Source of the DNA: Vibrio alginolyticus NBRC 15630 = ATCC 17749
GTDB taxonomy: Bacteria > Pseudomonadota > Gammaproteobacteria > Enterobacterales > Vibrionaceae
Assembly (NCBI RefSeq): GCF_000354175.2
Contig: NC_022349.1
Location: 1,560,001-1,592,000 of the forward strand
Reading direction: 5' to 3'
Length of the DNA: 32,000 bases
Part shown: positions 8,599 to 18,500 of the stretch, piece after piece
How positions within the stretch are numbered: position 1 is the first letter of the stretch
Layout: each line of letters opens with the position of its first letter
The notes under the pieces: model-generated
The model's database searches: none
The model's input: only the letters and a program-made list of their open reading frames with translations
Told to the model about the DNA's origin: nothing
Made by a program: the position numbers and the translations under genes

Positions 8599-9408
8599 TT
8601 ACTTCTTATATTTTGAAATCAACTTCTCAACGATTCGCGATACCGCGACAAAGCCAAACGTTGCAGTTACAACAGTCGCCGCACCAAAACCGCTAGCACA
8701 ATCCATACGTTTTGGGCCTTCCGCTGTCGACTTCACACCACACACTGAACCGTCTGCTTGAGGATACTTCAGCTGCTCGGTTGAAAACACGCAATCAATA
8801 CCAAACTTACGAGCCGGATTCTTAGGGAAGTTATGATGACGACGCAAGGTGTCTTTGATTTTCTTCGCTAGAGGATCTTGGATCGTTTTCGTTAAATCAG
8901 CGACCATGATCTGCGTTGGGTCAACCTGACCACCAGCGCCCCCCGTAGTGATCACTTTGATCTTGTTGCTGCGGCAATACGCCAACAAAGACGCCTTCGC
9001 TTTTACGCTGTCAATCGCATCTAGCACGTAATCAAACTCTTTGCTTAAGTACTCATGTTGATTGTCTGGCGTGATGAAATCATCAATCAGGTTGACTTTA
9101 CACTCTGGGTTGATCAATTTGACACGCTCGGCCATCACTTCAATTTTGCTTTGGCCAACGGTGCCCGTCATCGCATGAATTTGGCGGTTAATATTCGTGA
9201 CACAAACATCGTCCATATCAATCAGAGTCAGCTCACCGATCCCGGTACGGGCCAGCGCTTCGACCGCCCATGAACCCACGCCACCAATACCAATAACACA
9301 AACGTGTGCAGCGCGAAGAATGTCCACTTCACTGTTGCCATAAAGACGACGAGTGCCGCCAAAGCGTTGATTGTAGCTGTCAGATGCTGGGGTATCGAGT
9401 TCACGCAT
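8599..9408 (-). CDS. tcdA: tRNA threonylcarbamoyladenosine dehydratase (ThiF/MoeB-like E1, CsdL)
   Basis: RFGGTRRLYG and the Rossmann loop VCVIGIGGVGSW. 269 aa from ATG 9408, similar to E. coli TcdA as I recall it. The ORF-track start at 9459 would place the N-terminus inside the mltA terminator. Confidence 0.85.
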   Translation of the reverse strand: MRELDTPASDSYNQRFGGTRRLYGNSEVDILRAAHVCVIGIGGVGSWAVEALARTGIGELTLIDMDDVCVTNINRQIHAMTGTVGQSKIEVMAERVKLINPECKVNLIDDFITPDNQHEYLSKEFDYVLDAIDSVKAKASLLAYCRSNKIKVITTGGAGGQVDPTQIMVADLTKTIQDPLAKKIKDTLRRHHNFPKNPARKFGIDCVFSTEQLKYPQADGSVCGVKSTAEGPKRMDCASGFGAATVVTATFGFVAVSRIVEKLISKYKK

Positions 9409-9430
9409 ATTGAAGTCCAGATGATCGATA

Positions 9431-9464
9431 GAAAAACAAAGAGTGCGATTTATACGCACTCTTT
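9431..9464 (-). terminator. Rho-independent terminator of mltA
   Basis: A 10-bp perfect stem, AAAGAGTGCG (9438-9447) with CGCACTCTTT (9455-9464), and a 7-nt loop. On the minus strand the hairpin is followed by GTTTTTC. Confidence 0.8.
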
Positions 9465-9507
9465 GATGAAATGTCTAGATAAGAGGCGGTTCCTCTTTCT
9501 TGGGTCG

Positions 9508-10611
9508 CTATTGTAGCTTTTCTGGCGGTAAAGCCCAAGGCGCTTGAGTTGGTGAGTTTTCCAGCCCAAGTTTCCACACTCGACCAAAATGCTTGTAGTG
9601 CCCTGCTTCCGTTCCCGCTCTCGCACCAATACCATGATACAGATCCAAATGGTTCTGTTTTACCGCACCACCAGTGTCTAAAACGATCAGCATTCGCAGT
9701 TGATGAGCACCGCTCCACGTACCATCCGCATTCAGCAATGGTACTTCCGCCAAGATTGGCGTACCCATTGGTAAGATAGAACGGTCACCCGCGACCGCGG
9801 CCATTGGCAACAAAGGAATACCAGCCGACCCCGTTACTGGCGCTTCCGCTTTTGGCGCAAAGAAGACGTAAGAAGGGTTTTGCTCCAACAACTCGCGTAC
9901 TGTTGCGTCGTCGTTGTCCATTACCCACTCTTTAATCGCTTTGAGAGACATTTTTTCACGCGGCACTTCACCACGTTCAATCAAAATGCGGCCAATACTA
10001 ACGTAAGCTTTATTATTTTTCCCTGCGTACGCGAAGTACTCCAACGTATCATCATCTTCAAAATGCACATAGCCACTGCCCTGCACTTCCATCATAAACG
10101 GGTCAATACGGTTAGGCGCATAACCTAGCACTAAACCTTGGCCATCTAATGCCCCGTTGTAGATCTCCGCACGAGTCGGACAATCTGATGAGCAGTTTGG
10201 CTTGCCATAAACTGGGTACTTAAAAATGTCGTTTGGTGTATGACGCAGCTCCATCACGGGAGAAAAGTATCCGGTAAACAGCACATTACCTTTTTTATCA
10301 CCACCACCCAATTGCGCGGCTTGAATGCCAAACGCACTCAACGCACTGGTATCTCCGCTCTGTTGCGCCCACTCACTTAATCGTTGATATAGCGGTTGGT
10401 ATATCTTCGCCATGGATGGTGACTTTATCACCACTTGCTCAGCTTGCTTGTTAAATTCAGTAAAATCGCGTGGTTTGTTAGACTCAACCACATCCACTTG
10501 ATTGAGGATCTGAGGAAACTCACCATCAAGATATTGCTGAGCACGATCATTTTGTTGAGCACAGCCAAAGAGTAGGCTCAAAGAGATAATAGGAAGGAGT
10601 TTTTTTAACAC
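9508..10611 (-). CDS. mltA: Membrane-bound lytic murein transglycosylase A
   Basis: Lipoprotein signal LLPIISLSLLFGC-AQQ. MltA-type motifs (FTGYFSP, GSGYV, DTGGAVK). The likely start is GTG 10611, giving 367 aa. The ORF-track start at 10686 adds a Cys-rich, non-signal-like extension. mltA-tcdA-csdE adjacency mirrors E. coli. Confidence 0.88.
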   Translation of the reverse strand: MLKKLLPIISLSLLFGCAQQNDRAQQYLDGEFPQILNQVDVVESNKPRDFTEFNKQAEQVVIKSPSMAKIYQPLYQRLSEWAQQSGDTSALSAFGIQAAQLGGGDKKGNVLFTGYFSPVMELRHTPNDIFKYPVYGKPNCSSDCPTRAEIYNGALDGQGLVLGYAPNRIDPFMMEVQGSGYVHFEDDDTLEYFAYAGKNNKAYVSIGRILIERGEVPREKMSLKAIKEWVMDNDDATVRELLEQNPSYVFFAPKAEAPVTGSAGIPLLPMAAVAGDRSILPMGTPILAEVPLLNADGTWSGAHQLRMLIVLDTGGAVKQNHLDLYHGIGARAGTEAGHYKHFGRVWKLGLENSPTQAPWALPPEKLQ

Positions 10612-10884
10612 GTGTCTTTTCCGTAAAAGAGAATAGCAAAAGGATGGCAAACAAACGCATACGGTGCAATTGAAAAGCAACGACAAAATGTTTCAACGCT
10701 AAGCCAATCCGTTTACTCGTTGTGAATTCATTCAGTTAATACAACATGATAGCAGCGGAAGAATTACGGAATTGTCCGGATTATGTTTGAAAGTAAGATT
10801 TACTGATTGAGAGATGAAATTGTGATCATCCATGTGACTCACAGACGCAAGAGATCTCTGCTTAACAGACAAAGATAAAAACGA

Positions 10885-11349
10885 CTATCTTACCGCAATC
10901 CTTGCACGCCCCTCTAAACGGAATACAGGTAGATAATGTGCATTGGCATCCAGCTTCATTTCTGCATGCTGCTTACCCACAAAATTGAAGTGCCGCTCAT
11001 TTGAACCCACTCGATACGAAAACGAATCCCCATCGAATTCAAAACTGGTCGCCACTGTAGAACCATTTACGGTAACACCGCGCTCACTCAACACAAATTC
11101 TTCACGAGCATAAGGCGCAACATCTTGCTCAACCCAGCGACCATAAATTGTCGATTTGGGAATGGGCGGATTAATGGTTCGAGTAATCAAATCACTATAC
11201 AGCATGCACACGACAACGGTTCCAACTATCGCTATAAGCATGAGAGAACGCTCTAGCCACTTACGAAGCATTGATTTAGATGACGTTTTTGACAGATTTG
11301 AAGCAGTGATCGCAGCATTCTTATTAACAGCAGAAGACATGAGGTTCAC
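10885..11349 (-). CDS. Hypothetical single-pass membrane protein, possibly the Vibrionaceae-restricted DUF2850 family (family name from memory, unverified)
   Basis: 154-aa ORF with one predicted TM helix (LMLIAIVGTVVVCMLY) after a Ser/Lys-rich N-terminus. Start is ambiguous (GTG 11349 or ATG 11340) and neither has a good Shine-Dalgarno. Codon usage looks native. Confidence 0.6.
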   Translation of the reverse strand: MNLMSSAVNKNAAITASNLSKTSSKSMLRKWLERSLMLIAIVGTVVVCMLYSDLITRTINPPIPKSTIYGRWVEQDVAPYAREEFVLSERGVTVNGSTVATSFEFDGDSFSYRVGSNERHFNFVGKQHAEMKLDANAHYLPVFRLEGRARIAVR

Positions 11350-11451
11350 GTATTGAGGAAAGACGCCACCATTGTAACCTTCCCTCTTAACGGGACCAAG
11401 AACCTACCTCAATATGTTTGTGCTTTATTCCAAAATTTCACCTTGCCACCA

Positions 11452-11469
11452 AGTGAATAAAAAGGCATT
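11452..11469. promoter_or_regulatory. Candidate ArgR operator (single ARG box) overlapping the argA promoter
   Basis: AGTGAATAAAAAGGCATT compared with the E. coli ARG-box consensus wNTGAATwwwwATTCANw has two mismatches, both in the right arm. A CATAAT -10-like hexamer sits at 11477-11482. I could not see a convincing second box. Confidence 0.3.
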
Positions 11470-11493
11470 ATTTTAACATAATTAAACAAAGGA

Positions 11494-12840
11494 ATGGCTG
11501 TAGTGAAAATTCGTAGTACTGCTCTCGTAAAAGGATTCCGTCAATCAACACCTTATGTCAATGCTCACCGCGGAAAAACCATGGTGATCATGCTGGGCGG
11601 AGAAGCCGTCGCACACAAAAATTTTGGCAATATTATTAATGATATCGCCCTCATGCACAGCCTCGGAATCAAAGTCGTGGTGGTGTATGGTGCACGTCCT
11701 CAAATTAATCAGCAGCTAGAAAAACAAGACCTCACTACGCCTTACCACAAAAATATCCGCATTACGGATGAATCGGCTTTATCTGTTGTTATGCAAGCTG
11801 CCGGACAACTTCAACTTGCGATTACTGCGCGCCTATCAATGAGCCTCAACAACACTCCGATGGCAGGCACCCAGCTCAATGTCGTTAGCGGAAACTACAT
11901 CATTGCTCAGCCACTCGGCGTTGATGATGGTGTGGACTATTGCCATAGTGGACGCATTCGCCGCATTGACACCGATGCTATCAACCGCACTCTTGATCAA
12001 GGTTCAATTGTTCTGCTAGGTCCCATTGCTAGCTCTGTGACTGGCGAGTGCTTTAACTTACTTTCTGAAGAAGTCGCCACCCAACTAGCGATAAAGCTGG
12101 GTGCGGATAAGCTGATTGGTTTTTGCTCCGAACAAGGTGTCATTGATGACAACGGCAATGCTGTCGCCGAGTTACTGCCAATTGAGGCGGAGCATGTCAT
12201 CAAAACGCTCTCTGAAAATACGTCTCCTGATCTAGATTACAACACAGGAACACTGCGCTTTCTTAAAGGATCTATTGCAGCTTGCCGTGCCGGAGTACCT
12301 CGTAGCCACTTGATCAGTTATAAAGTAGATGGCGCCTTAATTCAGGAGTTGTTCTCTTTCGACGGTATCGGAACCCAAGTCGTTATGGCGAGCGCTGAAC
12401 AAGTGAGGCAAGCTAATATTGACGATATTGGCGGTATCTTAGACCTCATTCGTCCTTTAGAAGAACAAGGTGTACTCGTTAGGCGCTCTCGAGAGCAGCT
12501 AGAGCAAGAGATTGGAAAATTTACCATCATCGAAAAAGACGGTTTGATTATTGGCTGTGCTGCCCTTTATCCATACCCAGAAGAGCGTAAAGCTGAGATG
12601 GCTTGCGTAGCGATTCACCCTGACTATCGTGATGGAAACCGAGGTTTGTTGCTGCTCAACTACATGAAACATCGTTCTAAATCCGAAACCATTGATCAAA
12701 TTTTTGTCCTCACGACACACAGTTTGCATTGGTTTAGAGAGCAAGGATTCTACGAAGTTGGAGTCGATTACTTGCCAGGAGCCAAACAAGGGCTGTACAA
12801 CTTTCAGCGTAAGTCCAAAATCTTAGCGTTAGACTTATAA
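11494..12840 (+). CDS. argA: Amino-acid N-acetyltransferase (N-acetylglutamate synthase)
   Basis: [29 protein letters not shown] aligns with E. coli Arg[30 protein letters not shown]. It has an amino-acid kinase fold plus a C-terminal GNAT domain. GTG 11503 has better Shine-Dalgarno spacing (AAGGA 9 nt upstream) than ATG 11494 and may be the true start. Confidence 0.92.
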   Translation: MAVVKIRSTALVKGFRQSTPYVNAHRGKTMVIMLGGEAVAHKNFGNIINDIALMHSLGIKVVVVYGARPQINQQLEKQDLTTPYHKNIRITDESALSVVMQAAGQLQLAITARLSMSLNNTPMAGTQLNVVSGNYIIAQPLGVDDGVDYCHSGRIRRIDTDAINRTLDQGSIVLLGPIASSVTGECFNLLSEEVATQLAIKLGADKLIGFCSEQGVIDDNGNAVAELLPIEAEHVIKTLSENTSPDLDYNTGTLRFLKGSIAACRAGVPRSHLISYKVDGALIQELFSFDGIGTQVVMASAEQVRQANIDDIGGILDLIRPLEEQGVLVRRSREQLEQEIGKFTIIEKDGLIIGCAALYPYPEERKAEMACVAIHPDYRDGNRGLLLLNYMKHRSKSETIDQIFVLTTHSLHWFREQGFYEVGVDYLPGAKQGLYNFQRKSKILALDL

Positions 12841-13188
12841 ACAAACTCAACATCATTAACAGATGCGTTCTGAATCCTCAATCCGAGGTTTGGAACGCCA
12901 TGCTCCGACTCTCTCAATAATAAATCCATGAATCATAAGCAGTAATACCATTAATTTAGATATGCAAAGCATTACATTGATTTTAGTTCCATTTTTACCT
13001 TTTCAATATACACACTGTTGGCTATACTCTGCGCGCTAGTGATTGGTTTTTAACCAATGCAAATGGATCTAGGTGATGATACGTAGCCTTCACCCTAAAA
13101 TGCTGGGCAGTCGATAACTAGTTAGCCCGCATTGCACACCAAGGACAGTTGTTAATCTGACTTTCAATAAGCCGAGACGAGCACTGTT

Positions 13189-13377
13189 ATGAGAACAATC
13201 ATTTGTAATTCGCTTCAAAGTTTCTGGGATATGGCTGACAATCAGTTTTTAGAAGGCCTAGATGTTCACTGTGTTTTTCCGGTGAATGACGCCATTCGAG
13301 ACTTTATCCTTACTTACCAACAGCAATACAAAATACGCAGCGTGTCGTTTACCGATGCCTTTGCACAACGTACATAA
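13189..13377 (+). CDS. Orphan small ORF (62 aa), coding status uncertain
   Basis: It is the only ORF of 60 aa or more in the 570-bp argA-recD spacer. Its stop is followed immediately by a strong hairpin, but recD already explains that hairpin. Weak Shine-Dalgarno and no similarity I recognise. Confidence 0.25.
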   Translation: MRTIICNSLQSFWDMADNQFLEGLDVHCVFPVNDAIRDFILTYQQQYKIRSVSFTDAFAQRT

Positions 13378-13408
13378 AAGAAGACCGAGCCATAAGCTCG
13401 GTCTTCTT
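13378..13408. terminator. Terminator downstream of recD (bidirectional-looking)
   Basis: AAGAAGACCGAGC-CATAA-GCTCGGTCTTCTT, a 13-bp perfect stem. On the plus strand GTTTT follows it, and on the minus strand CTTTTAT follows it. Confidence 0.8.
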
Positions 13409-13411
13409 GTT

Positions 13412-15559
13412 TTAGTTAGTAAGCCGCTGTACTAGCCCACTCGCACGAGTCGTTTTCACCTTAATGCCTCGCTTCAGAACATTGAGCTCGGCATAAAGAG
13501 CTAAGCGCTTTTTCGCGCGGGTAATGCCTGTGTAAATCAACTCACGGGTTAATATCGGGCTAAAGTCTGGTGGCAAAATCATAAGGGTGTAATCAAATTC
13601 ACTGCCTTGCGATTTATGGATGGTCATGGCGTAAGCCGTTTCATGTTCAGGTACTCGACTTGGCAAGACCGATTTCACACTGCCGTCAGGTAACTCGAAA
13701 AAGACTTTCAAACGAGGTTCTTCTTCAGTGTCATCTCGCATACAAATACCGATATCACCGTTATACAAACCTAAACCGTGATCATTACGCGTAACCATGA
13801 CGGGTCTGCCGTGATACCAAATTTCATCCTGAACTTGAATGAACTTGCGCGCCGCGAGCGCTTTCTCGATGCGTTGGTTTAGCCCAGCCACACCAAAGTC
13901 ACCTTCACGGATCGCGCACAGTAGCCGGCATTGGTTGAAAGTCTCTAACACTGCTTTGGCTTTGTGCGTTAGCGACTCTGGCTCTCCGGTTTTAGGATCA
14001 GTTTCCTGTTGTCCAATGCGTTTGAGGTAACGACCGTATTCCTGCACCAACGTCTGCATCATTTGGTTGTAATGTTGACTACTTAGGGCGAAATGTTCGA
14101 TATCGGAAAAGTCACGCGCCCAGACGTTATCTACGCTCGCAGCAGAACCTGAGTTAACCGCTTTTGCCAACTGACCAATGCCTGAGCGAGCGTCAAATCG
14201 GTAGCTCTTTTGCAGCATACATAAACTATCAGCAATGCTAGATGCACTGTTACCTGTATGGGCTAAAGTATCGAAACCCGTCAGTTTTGCGATGGCTGAC
14301 GCCTGCTCTTTGCCATAACCCAATGCATGGAACGAACAGATATCACCCAACACTGCCCCTGCTTCAACTGAGGCAAGTTGGTCTTTATCACCTAGCAAAA
14401 TCAGCCGCGCATGTTTCGGTAAGGCATCGACCACTTTGTACATCATTGGCAAATCGACCATCGACGCTTCGTCGATAACCAAAATATCCAAATGCAGTGG
14501 ATTTTGTTTGTTGTGACGAAATTCTGCGCTATTAGGAATCGCGCCCAGCAATCGATGCAAGGTGCTCGATTCAGTCGGAATTTTGGCTTTTAGCTCCGGA
14601 GAAACTGGCAGTTCTTGCACTGCTTTACCAATGGACTCGGTTAATCGCGCCGCCGCTTTCCCCGTCGGGGCCACCAGCTTGATGGTTAGATTTTTCTCGT
14701 GCGTCGCCTGTTCAATCAAAGCAGCAAGCAATTTGGTTACTGTCGTCGTTTTACCCGTACCAGGGCCACCAGAAATCACAGCAAATCGACGAGTTAACGC
14801 AACCGCCGCCGCGACTTTTTGCCAGTTCACACAAGCTGAAAGTGGCACCAGCTCATCCAGTTGCTGCAAATCCTGAACCTTGCGCGCATTGCTAAGCACG
14901 GAATCAATGGCGTGCCAATCCAACGATTCGCTTGCGACCACATCAAGGTGATCACACAACAATTGTTGACGCAACACTTGGTTGCTGCTTCCCGCTTCTA
15001 CTGCTTTGCCCAACGCGTTAAACAGAAAATGGTATTGGCGTGCGAACAGATGGTTGAGCAACTCCGATAATCGCGCAAACTCTTGTGGTTGCAAGTTAAC
15101 TGCGGCGCCCAACTGATTGAGCTTTTCCGCCAGTGTCACTTCATAATGCCAATAGCGGTGCAGATACAGACGCTCGCCATCGAACATCAGCGGCAAGGCT
15201 TCTCCTTGCGCGCCGACCACGGTGGAATTTTTTAATACTTGAATCCAGTCTATGCCTTGCAACTGTGTGTTGAGCGCCAATGCCGACTCACCAAACAGCC
15301 CTAGCTTACTGGCTAAATCCGTAGATTGCCCTTGTGCATCGAACAGAGACAGACAGATATGTCCTTTGCCAAGCTCACTACTGACAACACCCGCGATAAA
15401 CGCCAATGCTTGACTGTCCGACTGTTCATCATGCGTTTGAGAATCAATAAAACAGGCGAATTGGTAGTCGAGCTGACGAATAGCACCTTTGTGCGCCAAG
15501 CGTTCCAGCACTACCAATAAACTATCTTGGCCAGAATGAAGATTGTGATTTGTCGTCAT
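13412..15559 (-). CDS. recD: Exodeoxyribonuclease V alpha subunit
   Basis: SF1 helicase motifs: Walker A ISGGPGTGKTT, ILVIDEASMVD, LILLGDKDQLASVEAG and AMTIHKSQGSEF. Its start overlaps the recB stop by 1 nt (TAATG). Confidence 0.95.
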   Translation of the reverse strand: MTTNHNLHSGQDSLLVVLERLAHKGAIRQLDYQFACFIDSQTHDEQSDSQALAFIAGVVSSELGKGHICLSLFDAQGQSTDLASKLGLFGESALALNTQLQGIDWIQVLKNSTVVGAQGEALPLMFDGERLYLHRYWHYEVTLAEKLNQLGAAVNLQPQEFARLSELLNHLFARQYHFLFNALGKAVEAGSSNQVLRQQLLCDHLDVVASESLDWHAIDSVLSNARKVQDLQQLDELVPLSACVNWQKVAAAVALTRRFAVISGGPGTGKTTTVTKLLAALIEQATHEKNLTIKLVAPTGKAAARLTESIGKAVQELPVSPELKAKIPTESSTLHRLLGAIPNSAEFRHNKQNPLHLDILVIDEASMVDLPMMYKVVDALPKHARLILLGDKDQLASVEAGAVLGDICSFHALGYGKEQASAIAKLTGFDTLAHTGNSASSIADSLCMLQKSYRFDARSGIGQLAKAVNSGSAASVDNVWARDFSDIEHFALSSQHYNQMMQTLVQEYGRYLKRIGQQETDPKTGEPESLTHKAKAVLETFNQCRLLCAIREGDFGVAGLNQRIEKALAARKFIQVQDEIWYHGRPVMVTRNDHGLGLYNGDIGICMRDDTEEEPRLKVFFELPDGSVKSVLPSRVPEHETAYAMTIHKSQGSEFDYTLMILPPDFSPILTRELIYTGITRAKKRLALYAELNVLKRGIKVKTTRASGLVQRLTN

Positions 15560-18500
15560 TAAAGTAGCTCCATCTGCCCGGCTTGAGTTGAGCGCGTTTC
15601 AAGTACTTGACCATCAATCAAACGATCCATCTCTTGTAAGAAGTCTAAGGTTGGTTTCGCAGCAAAAATGCCGTGGTCACTCTGCCCATCCATGCCGCGT
15701 AAGAACAAGTAATACACACCACCGAAGTGCTGCTCGTATTGATAATTCGCCAATCGGCTGCGTAGGAAACGATGCAGTGCTAACGCATAAATCTGGTACT
15801 GCAAATCGTAGCGGTGATCCGCCATGGCCGATTTCAGAGCCTCACCATGGTAGCTCGTTACATCGTCGCCAAGATGATTCGATTTCCAGTCAAGCACGTA
15901 GTATTTACCTTGATGTTCAAACACCAAGTCGATAAAACCTTTGAGCATGCCTTGCACGGTTTGGAAACCTAAATCCCCCGCTTTCGCCGACAACGGATCG
16001 TGACGTTGAATGACTCGGTTTAACGCCGGTGCAGACAAAACTTCAATCGGCAACAAAAATTCCATCTCCACCAAACGTTGCGACGGTGCTTTTTGATTCA
16101 GCAGCAAAGACTTACCATCCAACGGCGTTGCGAGTACGGTATCAATCAATTGCTGTAAAATGGGCAACCACTCTTCATCGAGCTGTTCGCTTTCCATCAA
16201 GCCAAGGATGATTTGTGTATTCTCTTCCGTCGTGGCTGGCTGAGTAAATTCAATTTCCTCAAACAGGCTGTGCAGGAACGTACCCGGACGCGCACCACGA
16301 GGGAAGGTAAAAATAGAGCGCTCTGGCTCCACCAAATCCGCTTCGTCTTGCTCTTCAGATGAGTCGATATCAAAACCCGTAATCTCAATCGTGGCATCAT
16401 GCTCGGCGTGATGAGAGCCTTGCTTGACCAAGCCAGAATAACTGGTGATGCGCCAGTTTCTGTCGATAGGGTTTTGCAGCTCTTTCGCGCTAAGATCGTG
16501 TATTTCTTCTTGTGGTGCTACGTACTTCTCTTCGAGTTGCGGCGGCGGATCGGCCACAACGACACAATCAAGCTCGTCTTGTTGCTTTGTTAAACTTTGG
16601 TACAAATCGTTGATGCCACCTTCTTGACCATTTTGAATCAAATAGCCAATCGCACTGCGGTGTACGCCGGTTGGCTCTTTGGTCGAACGGCCATTGCGTA
16701 AAGGCGAGGCTCCAATAAAACACGCATACACAGCACGCGTTAGTGCCACGTATATCAAGCGTAAGTCTTCCGCCAAACGCTCTTTATCCGCTTGCTTCAT
16801 GGACGCATCGTTGCCAGTGATATCCAGTACCGTGCGGTCATTGGCTGCATCGTAATATTTGGCTTCGCTGGCTTCTCGATAGCTGAACACAAACGGCAGA
16901 AATACGAGGTCATACTCCAAGCCTTTTGATTTGTGAATAGTTACGATCTGCACTAAGTTACGTTCCGATTCTAAACGTTGGATTTGGTCATCACTGCCAC
17001 CCAAACCGTTTTCCGCATCACTGATGGACTGAGCGAGCCAACGCAGCAGACCGTGGTCGCTGTCCAGTTCATTACTGGCTTGTTGAAGCAGTTCACCGAT
17101 GTGCATTAAATCGGTAAGTACTCGCTCACCATTTTCACCCTGTGAACTCGCACCTTCTTCTAGTAATCGCTCGGCAATATGGCGTTTGCTGATCACCGCG
17201 CGCAACATCGGCAGCACACCACGTTGAACCCAAAGTTTGCGATATTCTTTGAATTCGTTTACGGCGTTTTCCCACACAATTTCATCGTTATTAAGTGCAT
17301 CCAAACTTGCTGCGTCGAGGGCAAACAGCTCAGAAGCAAGACTTGCACGCAGCGCACGGTCATTTTCTGGAGTCAGCACCGCTTGCAGCAAACGCTGTAA
17401 ATCCTGCGCCACCGAACTGGTAAACACACTGTCTCGGTTAGACAGGTACACGCTGGCAATGCCTTTATCAGCCAACGCTTGTTTGATCATTCGACCTTCG
17501 CTACCTGTTCGAACCAATACCGCGATATCGCCCGCTTGAACCGCTTTCTGTTTTTCGCCATTCACCAGACACGCTTGCCCCTGTTGAGCCTGCGTCAAAA
17601 TAGTTTGGATTTGGCTTGCGGTCGCCTCTGCCATTCGAGTCAAATACTCGCCTTTTGGTAGCGGTTTATCGTCCGCTTCTTGCAACCAATAAGTCAGCGC
17701 CGGTTGCTTTTGGCCACCCATAGTCCAAATGCGTTTTTCGGCATTGGGACTGTACTTAACGGGTAAGAACGGGATGTCCGAATCGTAGATAAATGGACTG
17801 TCTGGCAAAGCAAATACTTGGTTTACCGCCTGCACCATATCTGCGCTAGAACGCCAGTTGGTTCCCAACGTGTAGTGGGCACTTACTTGGTTACGCGCTT
17901 TGATATAGGTGAAAATGTCTGCGCCACGAAAGCCATAAATCGCCTGCTTGGGGTCACCGATCATAAACAAACCACATTCCGGGTTGTTCAGATAAATACG
18001 GCTGAAAATACTGTATTGAAGCGGGTCGGTATCTTGAAACTCGTCAATCATTGCGACAGGATACAAAGTACGAATACGCGCCGCTAAAAGCTCGCTTTCG
18101 TCCGTATCGATAGAAGCAGAAAGTTGCGTCAGCAAATCATCGAAAGAGAGCCACTGTTTTTGATTTTTCGCGTTGGCCAGCATCACACGACAATGCTCAA
18201 TCGCATGAGCAAGCAGTGGCGCTTTTAAGCTGATTGGATTGGCAAGAAATGTTTCAATGGCTTCAAATACCGCATGCTGCGGCGCACTGCCTTTCGATGT
18301 TTTTTCCAACAAGACGTTTTGCGCGAATTTCTCCAGCTTGTCTGGATAATCGTAACCTGTGGTTTCCGTTGCTGCCCAAGCGTTTACCGCCTCCAACCAC
18401 GTCGGCAGAGACTTTTTGGTGTAGCTGCGTTTGTTAATATCTGAATCTGAAATCAGCGTGAAGAAGTCATCTTGGCTTTCTCGCCACTGTGCTTTTAATT

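Noticed and set aside
11470-11490. A second ARG box to pair with the one at 11452-11469.
   Set aside because: At the expected 3-bp spacing the sequence (TTTTAACATAATTAAAC...) matches the consensus poorly, so I report only a single low-confidence box.
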